NCBI GenBank assembly: GCA_010093745.1
Contig: MU005989.1
Span: forward strand, 64,776-128,775
Length of the DNA stretch: 64,000 nucleotides
Reading direction: 5' to 3'
Source: Piedraia hortae CBS 480.64
Lineage: Eukaryota
Shown piece after piece: positions 30,497 through 42,403 of this stretch. The notes beneath the pieces are model-generated. The model saw only the letters and a list, made by a program, of their open reading frames with translations, did no database searches and was not told the DNA's origin. A program made the translations under genes and the position numbers. Every line of letters starts with the position of its first letter. Position 1 is the first letter of the stretch.

Positions 30497-31208
30497 GCTG
30501 AGTCACAGAAGCGTTTCGGTTGGGATGCAGCTTGGACAGGCTATACCATGTCCTGGTTGCAAGGTTCGCCCTGTGGGGCTGACACACGTTGCTCGGAACA
30601 GTTTTGTCGTGTGTGATTGTGCGGGGAGAACAGAAGGGGAAACGATTGTGAAGCTGGTACCAGCGGCCCGCTGGTGGCCGCTTGATCGGCCGGCCCGCCG
30701 CGGCTCCACAAAAAGCCTTGCCCTCTTGGGATATGGTTCGCAGCCCAGCGGTTCGGCCCGCTTAGACGACACGCAATCTCTGGGTGCAGGAGAACCTCGA
30801 TACCCATCACACATAACTAGACGACTCGTGTTCGACGACAACCTGGCCGCCTAAAATTTGCGTTATACAAGTTACTGACCAAGTTATGAAAAGTCTTAGG
30901 TACAGTATACATAGGATAGCTTGCGACCATTAGGCCAAGGCGGCCAAGCTTGGCCTAATGTAGAGGACTGCTATAAGGCCGGAGTCGGTCACGTTGGCGA
31001 GATAAAAAAGTTATCGTTGCTAGACATCATTATAGGAGTATCTCAGTCTCGTTTCCGCCGAGTTGATCTGAGGGTCACCTTTATGCTGAGGACTATGTCC
31101 TTTTCGTGATATGAGTGCAAAATTCCTCGACATAGCTGCCTTGTAGCGTACAATCATCGGCAGCATCATTGCCCCATAAGACCGAACTCGGGCCTTCTCA
31201 TTACGCCA

Positions 31209-32201
31209 TCACCACCCTACCTCACTTCTAGTCGGAATTGCGTCCATAGCACCGAGTCTCTGCACCGTCAACGCAGACGCATGGGTAGCCTTCTGCAACG
31301 CCTCACGACAGCTCAACTTTTCCCCAATCCGCAGCACTGCATAAGCACCCACAAACGTATCCCCGGCAGCCGTTGTATCGTGGACCTTGACTTTCTCCGC
31401 CTCCATCTGTCCATTCTCACCATCTTTCGTTGCGTAGATCAATCCCTTCTCACCCAAAGTGATAATCACGGCGTCCTTCACACCAATTTCTAAAAACCGC
31501 GAAGCAACCTTCCCCAGTCCCTCCGCCGCAACATCAATATGGAGCGGCCCAGCGAGGATCGTAGCCTCAGTCTCGTTCACAACCAGCGTGGAGACATGTC
31601 TATAAACCTCCTTTGGGAGTGGTACAGCTGGGGCCGGGTTGAAGAGAACATGAACGCCTCTCTCACTCGCAAACGTGACATTATGAAGAACAGTCTCCAA
31701 TGGAATTTCGAGCTGAAAGATCGCCATATCCGTCTCCGAAGAGATCAGATCTGGAGGGGAGGCATTACTGGAATCAATTCCTTTTTCCTCCCGTTTCAGA
31801 TCCTTTCGCCCAGCTAGTCCATCCCTCGTATCAGGATAATTAGCCCCCCTCGCAAGTAATATCCTATTCTCCCCCGACTCCTCCTCGACAATAATATTCG
31901 CCGTCCCCGTCGCCGAACAACTCACAACCCCCACACCCTTTGTATCGATCCCCTCTTTCTCTAGTAAGGAAATATACCCCTTCCCAAAGACATCATCGCC
32001 TACATTCCCTACCATGCAGACTTTTACATGGGTGGGGTCCGCTAGTCGCGCGCATGCTACGGCTTGGTTTGCGCCTTTGCCGCCGTAGCCGGTTGTGAAC
32101 GACGTGGCGGTGAGGGTTTCGCCTCCTTGGGGTATGCGCGGGGTTCGGGTGACGAAGTCGATGTTCAGGGAGCCGATCACTGTGACGGTGCGGGGAGGCA
32201 T
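31209..32201 (-). CDS. RBK1: Ribokinase (PfkB family)
   Basis: GSLNID, GGKGANQAVA, NPAPA, NETEA and DTTAAGDTF motifs. Confidence 0.93.
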   Translation of the reverse strand: MPPRTVTVIGSLNIDFVTRTPRIPQGGETLTATSFTTGYGGKGANQAVACARLADPTHVKVCMVGNVGDDVFGKGYISLLEKEGIDTKGVGVVSCSATGTANIIVEEESGENRILLARGANYPDTRDGLAGRKDLKREEKGIDSSNASPPDLISSETDMAIFQLEIPLETVLHNVTFASERGVHVLFNPAPAVPLPKEVYRHVSTLVVNETEATILAGPLHIDVAAEGLGKVASRFLEIGVKDAVIITLGEKGLIYATKDGENGQMEAEKVKVHDTTAAGDTFVGAYAVLRIGEKLSCREALQKATHASALTVQRLGAMDAIPTRSEVGW

Positions 32202-32523
32202 TATTGCAGATGAACGTATTCTTTGCGGATGGGGTGTTTGCTTGCTACGTTTCGGTGGGGCATGGTTCCCACATGATGTATCGTTCCCTGATCGTTGTGC
32301 ACAATTTGAACAGACAGTGATGAATCGATCATTCGGGGTTAAAATTGCTCTCGGTCTTCCATCCTAACCTAATGTACAGTTCATGATGAATACCTACGCT
32401 TGTGTCGTCCGCCAAGACTTCAACAACCCGTGAAGGTTTTGGCATCCGCGCATACGCAACCCTCGAAAAATAGCCATTACCTAACGGTTTTCTATTTGAC
32501 TCTACATTTCTCACATCCTCTCT

Positions 32524-34824
32524 TCACCCCTCCCTACTCCCATAAGACCGATCCCACGGCATCCTCAAATGTACCCTTCCCCTTCCCTGCTCGAAGCGTT
32601 CCTCCTCCTTCACAGTCATCTCCGAGCGCGTCGAGTCCGTTGTCCCACTCTCCACCGCACGCCTCTTCCCCTTACCAAAAGCAAGCACATCCGGATCACA
32701 TGACTCCCAGCGTGCATTATCTCCCTCGAGGACCGCGCCGACCGAACCGCTACCGATGCTGCTCATCTTGCATCCGTTCGTAAAGCCAGAGATGGTTTCT
32801 ACGTCTAGGATGGATTTTGCGGGTTCGGGTTCAGGGAAATGACCCGGCAGGGTTTTTGAGGGGCTTCGTTTGGTGTGGCATGAGGGGGTATCGCTAACGG
32901 TTGAAGGTTGGTTGCGTTTGGGGGTAGTCACGCTTTCGGGAAGGGTGGTCTTCCGGTGGCTCTTTGGGCTGCTGATATACGTAGCTACGCTCTGGTCTTC
33001 GGGGACGGTGGTGATGTAGCTGCACGAAGATTTTGAAGGGGAGTTGTAGCTAACACTACGGTGCTTCTTCTCCGGTGTCTTGCTGTTGCCGCTGATGAGT
33101 TGTGGGCTTCGCGTAGACTTTCCTGGGGAGGGGTGGCTACCGCTGCGGTGTTCTGGAGACGGCTTCTCCCGTGAACTAGATGTAGTCTTGCTGTTGTAAT
33201 GGGCTGTCTCATTGGATTTCGCGGGAGAGTCGAAGCTGACGTTGCTACCGGAGGTCTTCGACAAGGACTTGCTGTGTTTCGACTGGCGGGGAGTTGTGAT
33301 TAGTGAAGGATCGGTCCCCTCAGGTAAAGAGATGGTGATGCTCCTACTCGACGCATGGCTCTTGCACTTTGCGAGAGATGTTACGCCGACGCTGCGTGAG
33401 TAAGTGCCTTCGCCGTATTGCTCGTTTGGCGCCGGAGGCAAGACACCGATTCGCTTACGGGGTGTATGCGTTGACGAGAAAGTAGTGGTCTGGCTAGGAC
33501 TACGGCTCTTCGCGTGGCTGACTGCTGACTTTCTTGGCGACGTAACGGTGCACATACTGCTCGGTGGAGTTTGCATGGTACAATTCTTTGTAAACCCTGA
33601 GATGGTTTTGACATCCACTGAGCCAGTTCTTTGACTTCCGCCGAAGTCGCCGTGTTTCCCGAATGCGAGTCTGTTCGGGTCGCATGTCTCCCAAGCCGCG
33701 ACTGCTGTAACACGAGCTTTGGCAGGACTGATCACGCTGTGCACAGATGGTTTTGCTGGGGAAGTACACTCACTGGTACTCCTTGAACAGTGCTTGTTCC
33801 CCTTCTCGTATAGATACCGTGACGCTGCTGCGACGTCATTCTCTATGCTTTTGACCCCGTAGTGGTGCGATGAGGTGTGGGCAGGTTTTTTTGAGGAGGT
33901 ACCATGACACTGGCTTTCGCTATTCCGGATTGTAGCATGGTGGTAGGACGCAGTCCTGCGCTCAGATTTTCCGGTTGGCGAGCTACTGTGGCTCTTTCCG
34001 TCACCGCTCTGAACTCTAGTGTGATGATGCGACGCAGATCTGCGCTCAGATTCCTTAGTTGGCGGGATTTTACTCTTGTCGGTCTGTTCCAGGGCAAAAT
34101 CCTTCTTATCTGTATGGCGAAGCCTCTTTCTCACGGTGCGGCTTTGCCTCCCAGCCTGCTTTGCCGTTTTGGAAGTTGAAGCATTACTGCCGGCTGCATT
34201 AGCAGACGGCTCGTGCTCGCTGGACGTAATGCTCAGATTGCGAAGCTTGGAGTTGACGTCTTCGCTCGTTTCAGACTCGGTATCCATTGCAGGTGAGTAC
34301 ACCCAGTCCTGCCCTTGCATCATGTTCGGACACGAACATGTCGTCCGGTGGTAGTATGCTGTGGGCGTGGGCATCCACACAGGAGCGAATACTCCGACCA
34401 TGGGTGGAGCTTGGGCTACAAACGGGTCATCCGAACTTCCTCCACTTGACCCATACCCCGAGACGGAATCCGTCATCTGGGCACCGATGCCATCAGTGGA
34501 AATGCTGCTCGTAGTAGCGACACTCCGTGTCTCATTCGTTCGGGCAGCAGTGGACAATTTGCTATGGCGCGTGGTGGTTGCAATGTTGTTCGAGCCACTT
34601 GGTTCAGTTGTGCTGGTCTCTTGAAACACCGTCTCTTTACCCTTCTTTTTCTCCGGCGGCAGCGTTGCGCGTGACAGTCTGTGTAAAAGACTTCCTCTCT
34701 GCAACGGCCCAGGACCAGGATCAGGTGCTGTAGCGGCTACTTTACCGCAGTGCCTAGGCGTTGTGGGTGCACTATCCCCTTCAAATGAGTCATCAATGGC
34801 TGATTTGAGATCGGCCGAAGGCAT
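32524..34824 (-). CDS. Hypothetical Ser/Thr/Lys-rich, probably disordered protein with internal repeats
   Basis: 766-aa uninterrupted ATG-started ORF filling the space between two conserved genes; duplicated peptide motifs. Confidence 0.65.
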   Translation of the reverse strand: MPSADLKSAIDDSFEGDSAPTTPRHCGKVAATAPDPGPGPLQRGSLLHRLSRATLPPEKKKGKETVFQETSTTEPSGSNNIATTTRHSKLSTAARTNETRSVATTSSISTDGIGAQMTDSVSGYGSSGGSSDDPFVAQAPPMVGVFAPVWMPTPTAYYHRTTCSCPNMMQGQDWVYSPAMDTESETSEDVNSKLRNLSITSSEHEPSANAAGSNASTSKTAKQAGRQSRTVRKRLRHTDKKDFALEQTDKSKIPPTKESERRSASHHHTRVQSGDGKSHSSSPTGKSERRTASYHHATIRNSESQCHGTSSKKPAHTSSHHYGVKSIENDVAAASRYLYEKGNKHCSRSTSECTSPAKPSVHSVISPAKARVTAVAAWETCDPNRLAFGKHGDFGGSQRTGSVDVKTISGFTKNCTMQTPPSSMCTVTSPRKSAVSHAKSRSPSQTTTFSSTHTPRKRIGVLPPAPNEQYGEGTYSRSVGVTSLAKCKSHASSRSITISLPEGTDPSLITTPRQSKHSKSLSKTSGSNVSFDSPAKSNETAHYNSKTTSSSREKPSPEHRSGSHPSPGKSTRSPQLISGNSKTPEKKHRSVSYNSPSKSSCSYITTVPEDQSVATYISSPKSHRKTTLPESVTTPKRNQPSTVSDTPSCHTKRSPSKTLPGHFPEPEPAKSILDVETISGFTNGCKMSSIGSGSVGAVLEGDNARWESCDPDVLAFGKGKRRAVESGTTDSTRSEMTVKEEERFEQGRGRVHLRMPWDRSYGSREG

Positions 34825-35212
34825 TCTGCAATATGTTTTTTCGCAGCGACACTCACGGTGAATGAGCAGTGGTGGAGTAGGTGCGCAACTTTCTGCTTGG
34901 TGTTTCTAGCGCGTCGTGTACGCGTGAGCATACGGGGAAACTACTCCAACCAGAACCTGCAAAGAGTGGCCACGGGATTGGCTAGCGACAAATTGTAGGT
35001 TGAAGCACTTTTGGAATGCGTCCACCTGAGTCAGTGTAGTCAGTCTGTTTTGTTGGTTTGCAAAAACAGTGTGGGCGCCAAGACATTATGTATGTGCGGG
35101 TTAATCCGTGCACTTCAGAATTAGGAAGGTGTCGCGTGACAAGCTTTTACCTTGGCGTCTTGGCAAGACCATAGCACCAACTGCTTATTATATCAGGTTT
35201 CGCAAAACGCCG

Positions 35213-36013
35213 TCAGAGTCTCGCCTTCTCCATTCTCTTTTCATTTTCCCACTGCCTCTTCGTCCAAGAACCCCGCACATATACCCACAAAGCCCTTGCC
35301 ACCGCCAACGGGGGGCAAAATAACATCATCCATGTCCACCACTGCGGATGCTTCTCTTTCAGCTGGGTCACAACTCTATCCACATCCATCTTCAACTCAT
35401 CTTTGCTCCCATCATTCCAGAGCACGACGCCTCGTCCCGGGCCCCTGTGTTCACACCTCTTCGCTTTATCCCTAACATCCCACTGCGCCGCAACCCTCTC
35501 CTTGGCATCATCTTCTGTCAAATATTCATCTCGTTCTAGTAATCTCCTCATCTGCACCTGAGGGTCAGTAACCGCAACGACGATAATAGTTCCACAGAGC
35601 GGTTCCCATCCGCTCTCGTATAAGAGCGGGACGTCGAGCACGACGGCCCAGCTGCCTTTGAGGTAGGCAGCAAGTACCTGGCGGTACATTTCCTTCCGAA
35701 CAGCAGGGTGCACGATCCCGTTTAGGGCTTTTCGGTCAGCATCGAAGCCTTGACCGAACACGCGACGGCCGAGAGCAGGGCGATTGAGAGGTTTTCCTTG
35801 GCCAAAATCATGCGCATTATCCAGGAGGAGGTCGGGTGTAGAAGGTCCAAAGCGTGTGACTATTTGCTTGTAGGCAGGTGTCCCCGGTTCGACGACTTGC
35901 CGAGCGATTTTGTCGGCGTCGACGACGGGTATATTGTAGGGTGGTGAAGATAGGATTTTGGACACACTGGATTTGCCAGTAGCTATGCTTCCTGTTAGGC
36001 CGATGATGAGCAT
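35213..36013 (-). CDS. CAB5: Dephospho-CoA kinase
   Basis: IIGLTGSIATGKS P-loop; DADKIAR, IVHPAV, VLDVPLLYE; C-terminal TM anchor. Confidence 0.93.
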   Translation of the reverse strand: MLIIGLTGSIATGKSSVSKILSSPPYNIPVVDADKIARQVVEPGTPAYKQIVTRFGPSTPDLLLDNAHDFGQGKPLNRPALGRRVFGQGFDADRKALNGIVHPAVRKEMYRQVLAAYLKGSWAVVLDVPLLYESGWEPLCGTIIVVAVTDPQVQMRRLLERDEYLTEDDAKERVAAQWDVRDKAKRCEHRGPGRGVVLWNDGSKDELKMDVDRVVTQLKEKHPQWWTWMMLFCPPLAVARALWVYVRGSWTKRQWENEKRMEKARL

Positions 36014-36235
36014 TTTGAATTGATATAACTCCTATTTACCGCGGTTTGAGGGGCCTTTGAGAGGCTGTCTGCGGAAAATTGCCGCGCTTCCCACATTCGG
36101 GGCACATGACCGATGGCCACCGATTCAGTTATGGCATCATTCCCAGGCAATGGACAGCGGTGGAATTGTTTATTGAAAATGCTATCATGATTACCTGGTC
36201 CAACTCCCTGGCCATAGGTTTCGAAACCAGGCCAT

Positions 36236-37023
36236 TCAAACGTAACCTAGATGCCAAGTTAGAACCACTCAGCTAAGACCAACAAGTAGCTACCTTTTCG
36301 TCCACCCGTGAAGAACATTTTGACAACAAATACCTGCAGCCCCGCCATGGCCACCATAAGGGCACTCTCGACAAGGCTGAAGTTAAATATTCTTTTTTCT
36401 GTACTTCGGACTGTACTGAAGTTGCGGTTTTCTCGCGTCCGAAAGTACTTTTGGTGCCGAATGAGGGATGAAACCTCACCCGAGAGCTTCAATATCGTCT
36501 CTTCCACGCCACTAAGCTGCTCAGGAGTTGCTCCAGCCTTTTGCGGGATCTGCGAGCGAGGCTCGTTCTCGACCTGACTACTGTCAGCTGGGAAAAACGA
36601 CGGGGCAGGACAGCCAGTACCGCAATCTCAAAATTGACTAACTTCTCAGACATAGTGGACATTGTGTTGTCGAAGCAGAACCGATATTCTCCTGCCCTTT
36701 CGGCCGTAAACACGAAATCACCTTGTCTTTCTTTCTGACCATCTGATATGACTTTATCTTTTCTAGGCTCCAGGCTGGGGCCGAAGACAGTGTAGTCGAC
36801 TGAGGATTGTCAGCAATTGCTATCCTGTGGCCCTCCAGTGCATACTGTCGAAAGAACCGCCGCTTTGCACCGCAAAGTAAAACGCAACCTTGGCACCTGG
36901 CTTGTCAACTTGGGCGTAGAAGCATTCCTTGTCGTTGGGTGCCAATTTGTAGGTGAGCGACGTCGCGACACTGCCACATACAAGCAGGCCCAAGAGACCA
37001 AGCGCTACTCGGTGGAAAAGCAT
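36236..37023 (-). CDS. p24/GOLD (emp24/gp25L) COPII cargo receptor, gamma-type (Erp2/3/4-like); exons 37023-36846, 36799-36621, 36573-36294, 36246-36236
   Basis: Signal peptide, ECFY, FYFAVQSGGSFD, GEYRFCFDN, QKYFRTRENRNFSTV. Three 46-47-nt GT..AG introns restore the frame; ends FFTGGRKGYV. Confidence 0.9.
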
Positions 37024-37212
37024 GGTGTGTTAGTCGCGTCCTGGTGGCCGAAGTTGCGGTCGAGGGGCGGAAAGGCCCGCTTGGTCTGTGCACCAGCATA
37101 CCGCATCCCTGCCATGCAGAAGTTCTCAGCAGAACCTCTTGGTTCCTAACCTCGTCAGTAAAGAGGGCCAGTTGGGGGTGATACGTATGCATGCTCATTA
37201 CCTTTAGTGCCG

Positions 37213-38508
37213 CTAAACGGCATCTATGGATGCGCGTGTACTCAATACCTCGTTTTTGTTCCCCAGTCGACTGATCTGCAGGAACGCATCACAGCCATAT
37301 CCTTCCAAATTATGCAGGTTCAAACTACCAGCCCAATACTCGGCGTATATCTTACTCATAGGCAGGCCAATGCCAAGCTTTAGCCCAGGCGGCCGTCTGA
37401 CCAGAGTGTCTTTGCCGTCTACTGACTCAGAGCAGACGTCTGGATCCGGGAGATGAACATCTTGAGTGGTGGCTGTCAGCCGTGGTACTCTGCCCAAGTT
37501 CTCCAGACGACTGTTCTTCCGAGGACCTTTGGCAAATGACCAAAGATGGGTTAAAACATCACGTTCTATTCCTCCGGCCTGATCAGATATCCGAATGATG
37601 ATGTTCTGCACGGCCTCGCAAACGAGGACTTGTATAGGCGGCGGCTCCTTGCCGCCTTGTGAATTTGATTTCTCAGCTGCCGCCTCAATGCTGTTCCTAA
37701 GCAATTCGCCCACGATATACTCCAGGTGAGATGGGATGTATGGAAATGTTGTGTCGAGATGGCCCTGGAGCACGACTTTGGGTAATTTAACATTTTCACC
37801 ATAGCGTCTGGCTACGACTTCAGACGCAGCTTTGGCACACTTTTGGATAATATCCCGCGCATTGCATTTGAGAAAGATCTGACCGACAAACTCATCTTCG
37901 GGTACAACATGGTCCTCGGATCCGGCGAAATGCCATGGTGAATGAAGAGTTTCAGTCAGTGCCAAGTGTTGCTCAGCAATCACTCGTCGGCTAATACGTG
38001 ACCGAAGAAGATTGGTGATGAAGAAGTCACATCTTTCAGCAGGGACGGAGTCTTGTATTTCCAGTATGCCAGACGCGAGGCGGGGAATTACAGCTCGGTG
38101 ATCACGGAGACAAGTTTCGAGCACGGTGCAAAAGCGATCATTGTCGCTCAATGTCCGAATCTCGGGGACCTTACGCATCATTTCAAAAGCCTTATAGTAG
38201 AGCTCATACACGTCGCTAATGTGCTGGTTTGTAAGGGCTGAATAGGGCAGGGTCTGCATGTCGCGCAGCCTATGAGCGATCCTTGTGGGCAGCTCCAAAC
38301 GCACATAATTTGCTGATGAAAGCAAACGGGGCTCTGTCAACCTCCGACCAAAGAAGGTGAGTTGGCGCAAGCTGATGGGCCGAGCTTCTCTGCGGACCCA
38401 GTCATCCAGCACGTTGGACGGCCTCCATGGTGGAGGAACCGTAGCCCCTGTGGCATAAGCCTGATAGCGCAGACGGGGAGGCAGCTGGAGCAGCCGATCA
38501 AGCGTCAT
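37213..38508 (-). CDS. Mitochondrial alpha-ketoacid dehydrogenase kinase (PDK/BCKDK family, Pkp2-like)
   Basis: ELPTRIAHR, SRISRRVIAEQH, N-box ELLRNS, ISDQAGGI, LGIGLPMSKIYAEYW. Confidence 0.9.
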   Translation of the reverse strand: MTLDRLLQLPPRLRYQAYATGATVPPPWRPSNVLDDWVRREARPISLRQLTFFGRRLTEPRLLSSANYVRLELPTRIAHRLRDMQTLPYSALTNQHISDVYELYYKAFEMMRKVPEIRTLSDNDRFCTVLETCLRDHRAVIPRLASGILEIQDSVPAERCDFFITNLLRSRISRRVIAEQHLALTETLHSPWHFAGSEDHVVPEDEFVGQIFLKCNARDIIQKCAKAASEVVARRYGENVKLPKVVLQGHLDTTFPYIPSHLEYIVGELLRNSIEAAAEKSNSQGGKEPPPIQVLVCEAVQNIIIRISDQAGGIERDVLTHLWSFAKGPRKNSRLENLGRVPRLTATTQDVHLPDPDVCSESVDGKDTLVRRPPGLKLGIGLPMSKIYAEYWAGSLNLHNLEGYGCDAFLQISRLGNKNEVLSTRASIDAV

Positions 38509-38759
38509 CTAGGCACATCTATCTACATGGCGCGACTTCATCTCGCGACTAAAGTTGAGCGGGGACATGCGGGCACGTGACGCGAGTGACGTAGGTATTC
38601 CTAGCGCGAACTCATCACCGCTAGACTTCAATATTTCTCTTTTGCACCACCGTTATAGGCAGGATTTACGCGTTGAGGGCGCTCGATTAGTCACTGGCGG
38701 TCGCTGCGACCTTTTGAAGAAAACGGTGACTGCGGTGATTTGCCTGTGGCGCCGCCGCC

Positions 38760-41700
38760 ATGGACAACGTGCGTTTCTCCCCCCCCCCCCACTACTGCAG
38801 CTCCCACGCCGTGTAGACGAAATTGCTGACGGCTGCAGCACGCCAGCGACATGATGCTTGATTCAGACTTTGACGAGAAACCGCAAGAAGAGGTGGAAAA
38901 CGTCCACGTCATCACACCCAACGACGCCGACAGCGTCATGGACGATCAGGACGTGGCGGCCGAGATAGTGTTGCCGTCGGCAGCCGACCACGAAGCCATG
39001 AGGGATCGTTTTTTGCCGCTAATTGCGGACCAGGACACAGAAGACGAGACAATCTTTACGTGGGACATTACCGATTGGCGCCATTTACCGCCGAAGGTTC
39101 ATAGTCCCATCTTCCGTTGCGCAGGCAGTCCGTGGCGTATCTTATTCTTCCCGGCCGGCAATCAGGCTTCGGACAGCGTCTCCTTTTACCTTGAACAGGC
39201 CCACGGCGAGAATGAAAAGGCCCCAGAGGACTGGCATGCATGTGCGCAATTTATGCTTGTGCTACAGAACACGGGCGATCCGTCCATCTATCTGCACCAC
39301 GAAGCTTGCCACAGGTTCACCGTCGAGGAGGGCGATTGGGGCTTTACCCGTTTTGCGGAGAAAACACGCATCTTCTCGCTCAAATCGGGAATTGGAGATC
39401 GGCCGTTGGTGGAGAATGATTGTGCCACGATGACGGCATATGTGCGTATCTTGAAAGATCCTACGGGCGTGCTCTGGCACAACTTCGTCAATTATGACAG
39501 CAAAAAGGAGACGGGAATGGTTGGCCTGCGCAACCAGGGAGCCACTTGCTACCTGAATTCGCTGCTCCAATCGCTCTACCTGACGAATGCATTTCGCCAG
39601 GCCGTCTACCAGATACCTACAGAAACTGAACAGGCGGGTGGAAATGCCAGCTCTGCTTATGCCCTGCAACGGCTATTCTATAGGCTGCAGTCTGAACCGA
39701 TAGCCGTGTCCACCCAAGAACTCACACATTCATTTGGCTGGGAAAGCCGGCAAATTTTCGAGCAGCAGGATGTGCAGGAGCTCAGTCGCATCTTGATGGA
39801 GCGGCTAGAAGAGCGCATGAAGGGCACCGATGCTGAGAATGCCCTCGCACAGATGTTTGTCGGCAAGATGAAGACGTATCTCAAATGCATCCATGTTAAT
39901 TACGAAAGCAGTCGCATTGAGGACTTTTGGGATTTGCAGCTGAATGTGTCTGGGTGCAAAAGTGTCGAAGACAGCTTTCGCGACTACATTCAGGTCGAGA
40001 CGCTCGAGGGGGACAATAAGTACGCCGCGGAGGGCTACGGTCTCCAGGATGCCAAGAAAGGCGTCATCTTTGAAAGCTTTCCCAACGTTCTTCACCTGCA
40101 GCTGAAGCGATTCGAGTACGATTTCCAACGGGACGCGATGATGAAGGTTAATGACCGCTACGAGTTTCCCGAGATTTTGGACCTGGAGCCGTATCTGGAC
40201 GAGGCCGCGGACAAGTCGGAGCCGTACACGTACCACCTGCACGGCGTCCTGGTCCATTCGGGCGATTTGAATGCAGGTCACTACTATGCGTATCTGAAGC
40301 CCCAGAAGAATGGCGAATTCTACCGCTTTGACGACGACCGCGTAACCCGCGCGCGCAAGCGTGAGGCTATTGACGAAAATTTTGGCGGAGACTATGCGAC
40401 CGCGTCTAACGGACAGCAAACAAAGGCTCAGAACCCGTATACCAGGCAATGGTCGACCAAGCGTTCGAACAACGCATATATGTTGGTGTATATCCGCGAG
40501 TCCAGGTTGGATCAGATCCTCCTCCCTGAAAGTCAGATTCACCCTCCGTCGCATCTGCCTGTGCGCCTGGCTGAGGAACGCGCCCTGGCCGAGAAGCGCA
40601 GGAAAGAGCGCGACGAGGCGCATCTCTATATGAATGTCATGGTCGCGACAGAGGCAAATTTCAGAGCATACGAGGGTCTGGACTTCATTCCGTGGTCCGC
40701 AGCTTCGTCCGAGGACAATCCAGCGGCTCCCAAAATACTTCGCCTGCTGAAGGCCATGACTGTTGGAGACTTTACCCGCCTTTTAGCTGAACAGTTGGGC
40801 TTGGAACAGGATCTGATACGGCCTTGGTGTATAGTCAACCGGCAAAACTCCACAGCCCGTCCGGATAATCCTCTGGTGCAATCCGATATGACGTTGTCTG
40901 AAGCTGCTGACAAGTTCAGCACTCGCAACGGCGGTTTCCGAGTGTTTGTTGAGGAAACAAGCAGAGGGGAAGGAGGGCAGCCCATTTGGCCCAACCAGGA
41001 CGCCCTTGTCTCGTCTCAGCCAAGTGCAAACGATCATGCCTCTAAATTTATCATCATTTTCCTAAAACACTTTGACGTTGACAAGCAGCGGCTGCGCGGT
41101 GCTGGCCATGTATACATGCACCCGCACGACAAAGTTGCCGATGTTGCACCACACATTCTCAAAATCATGGGGTGGGAGGCGGGCGTACAGCTGGAACTGT
41201 ACGAGGAAATCAAGCACAATCACATCGAGCGCAAGAAGCCTAAGTCCACTTTGGTGGCTTCCGAAATTCAGGACGGGGACATCATCTGCTTCCAGCGCCA
41301 CCTCAGCGAGGCTGAAGCTGCCATGATCAAACAGACTAATCCAACTGCCTGTTTAGATGCTCCTGCACAGTACGATTTTCTGGTCAATCAGATTGACATC
41401 AAGTTCTGTCCGAGATTTCCATCAGCCGCCATCAACGAGCTGCGAGAAGAGGGAAGCGAGAGGTTCTCCCTTACTTTATCGAGAAAGGATACCTATGAGG
41501 CTCTAGCGCACAAGGTCGCAGAACACCTCTCCACCATCAGCAAGGCGCCCATCAGCCCGACGCACTTGCGCTTTTCCACCGTTGGCAATGCAGGGAAACC
41601 GAGGGCGCCCATTCGGCCACAGCACTCGGGCACGCTATCCACCATGATTTATGGCCAAGGGGGCTATGGTGGATACTATACGCCGAACCCATTCGCAGAA

Positions 41701-42403
41701 AATCTTCTTTACGAGATTCTGGAAATGAGCTTGGCCGACTATGAGCAAAGGAGGCTAGTTCGAGTATTCTGGCTCAGCGAGGGAATCACAAAAGAAGAGG
41801 AGCAAGAAATGTTGGTGCACAAGCAGGGCAGATTTACAGATGTGCTCCAGGCTCTACAAAAAAAGATCGAGCTGCCGGACGATGCGTTAGAACAGATTCG
41901 CTTCTACCTGGTGCACTATAACAAGGTGCATCAGGTGCTGCCTATAACGCAGTCCTTGGCTGACCTCAACGACTTTGTTACGATATGTGCGGAGCGCGTG
42001 CCTGAAGAAGAGCAGACGCTGGATCCCGAAAAGGGCGACAAATTGGCGCACTGCTTTCACTTTGAGAAGGAGCCCAACAAAACTCATGGCGTTCCGTTTG
42101 TCTTCCTGCTAAAAGGCGGGGAGATTTTCAAAGAGACCAAGGAGCGGTTAAGTAAAAGGACCGGCTTGAAGGGCAAGAACCTTGAGAAAATTCGGTTCGC
42201 CATCGTGTCGAGCAATTCCAGCTACGCCAAGCCACAGTGGATTGAAGATGGTAAGATCTGTGGTGTCGAATCTAACTACATTGCTAACCGTGGCAGATGA
42301 CATTTTGGCAGACAAGTTGGGAGTAAACGAACATCTGGGCCTAGAACATCCCAACCGCAACCGCCAGCCATGGATGAAGCATGAATCACTTAATATTCGC
42401 TAG
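38760..42403 (+). CDS. UBP15: Ubiquitin-specific protease Ubp15/USP7 (MATH + C19 peptidase + UBL domains); exons 38760-38768, 38839-42250, 42297-42403
   Basis: MATH (DWGFTRF), Cys box GLRNQGATCYLNS, His box HSGDLNAGHY. A 9-nt first exon (MDN) and a terminal exon (LGLEHP) are joined by GT..AG introns with CTGAC/CTAAC branch points. Confidence 0.94.
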
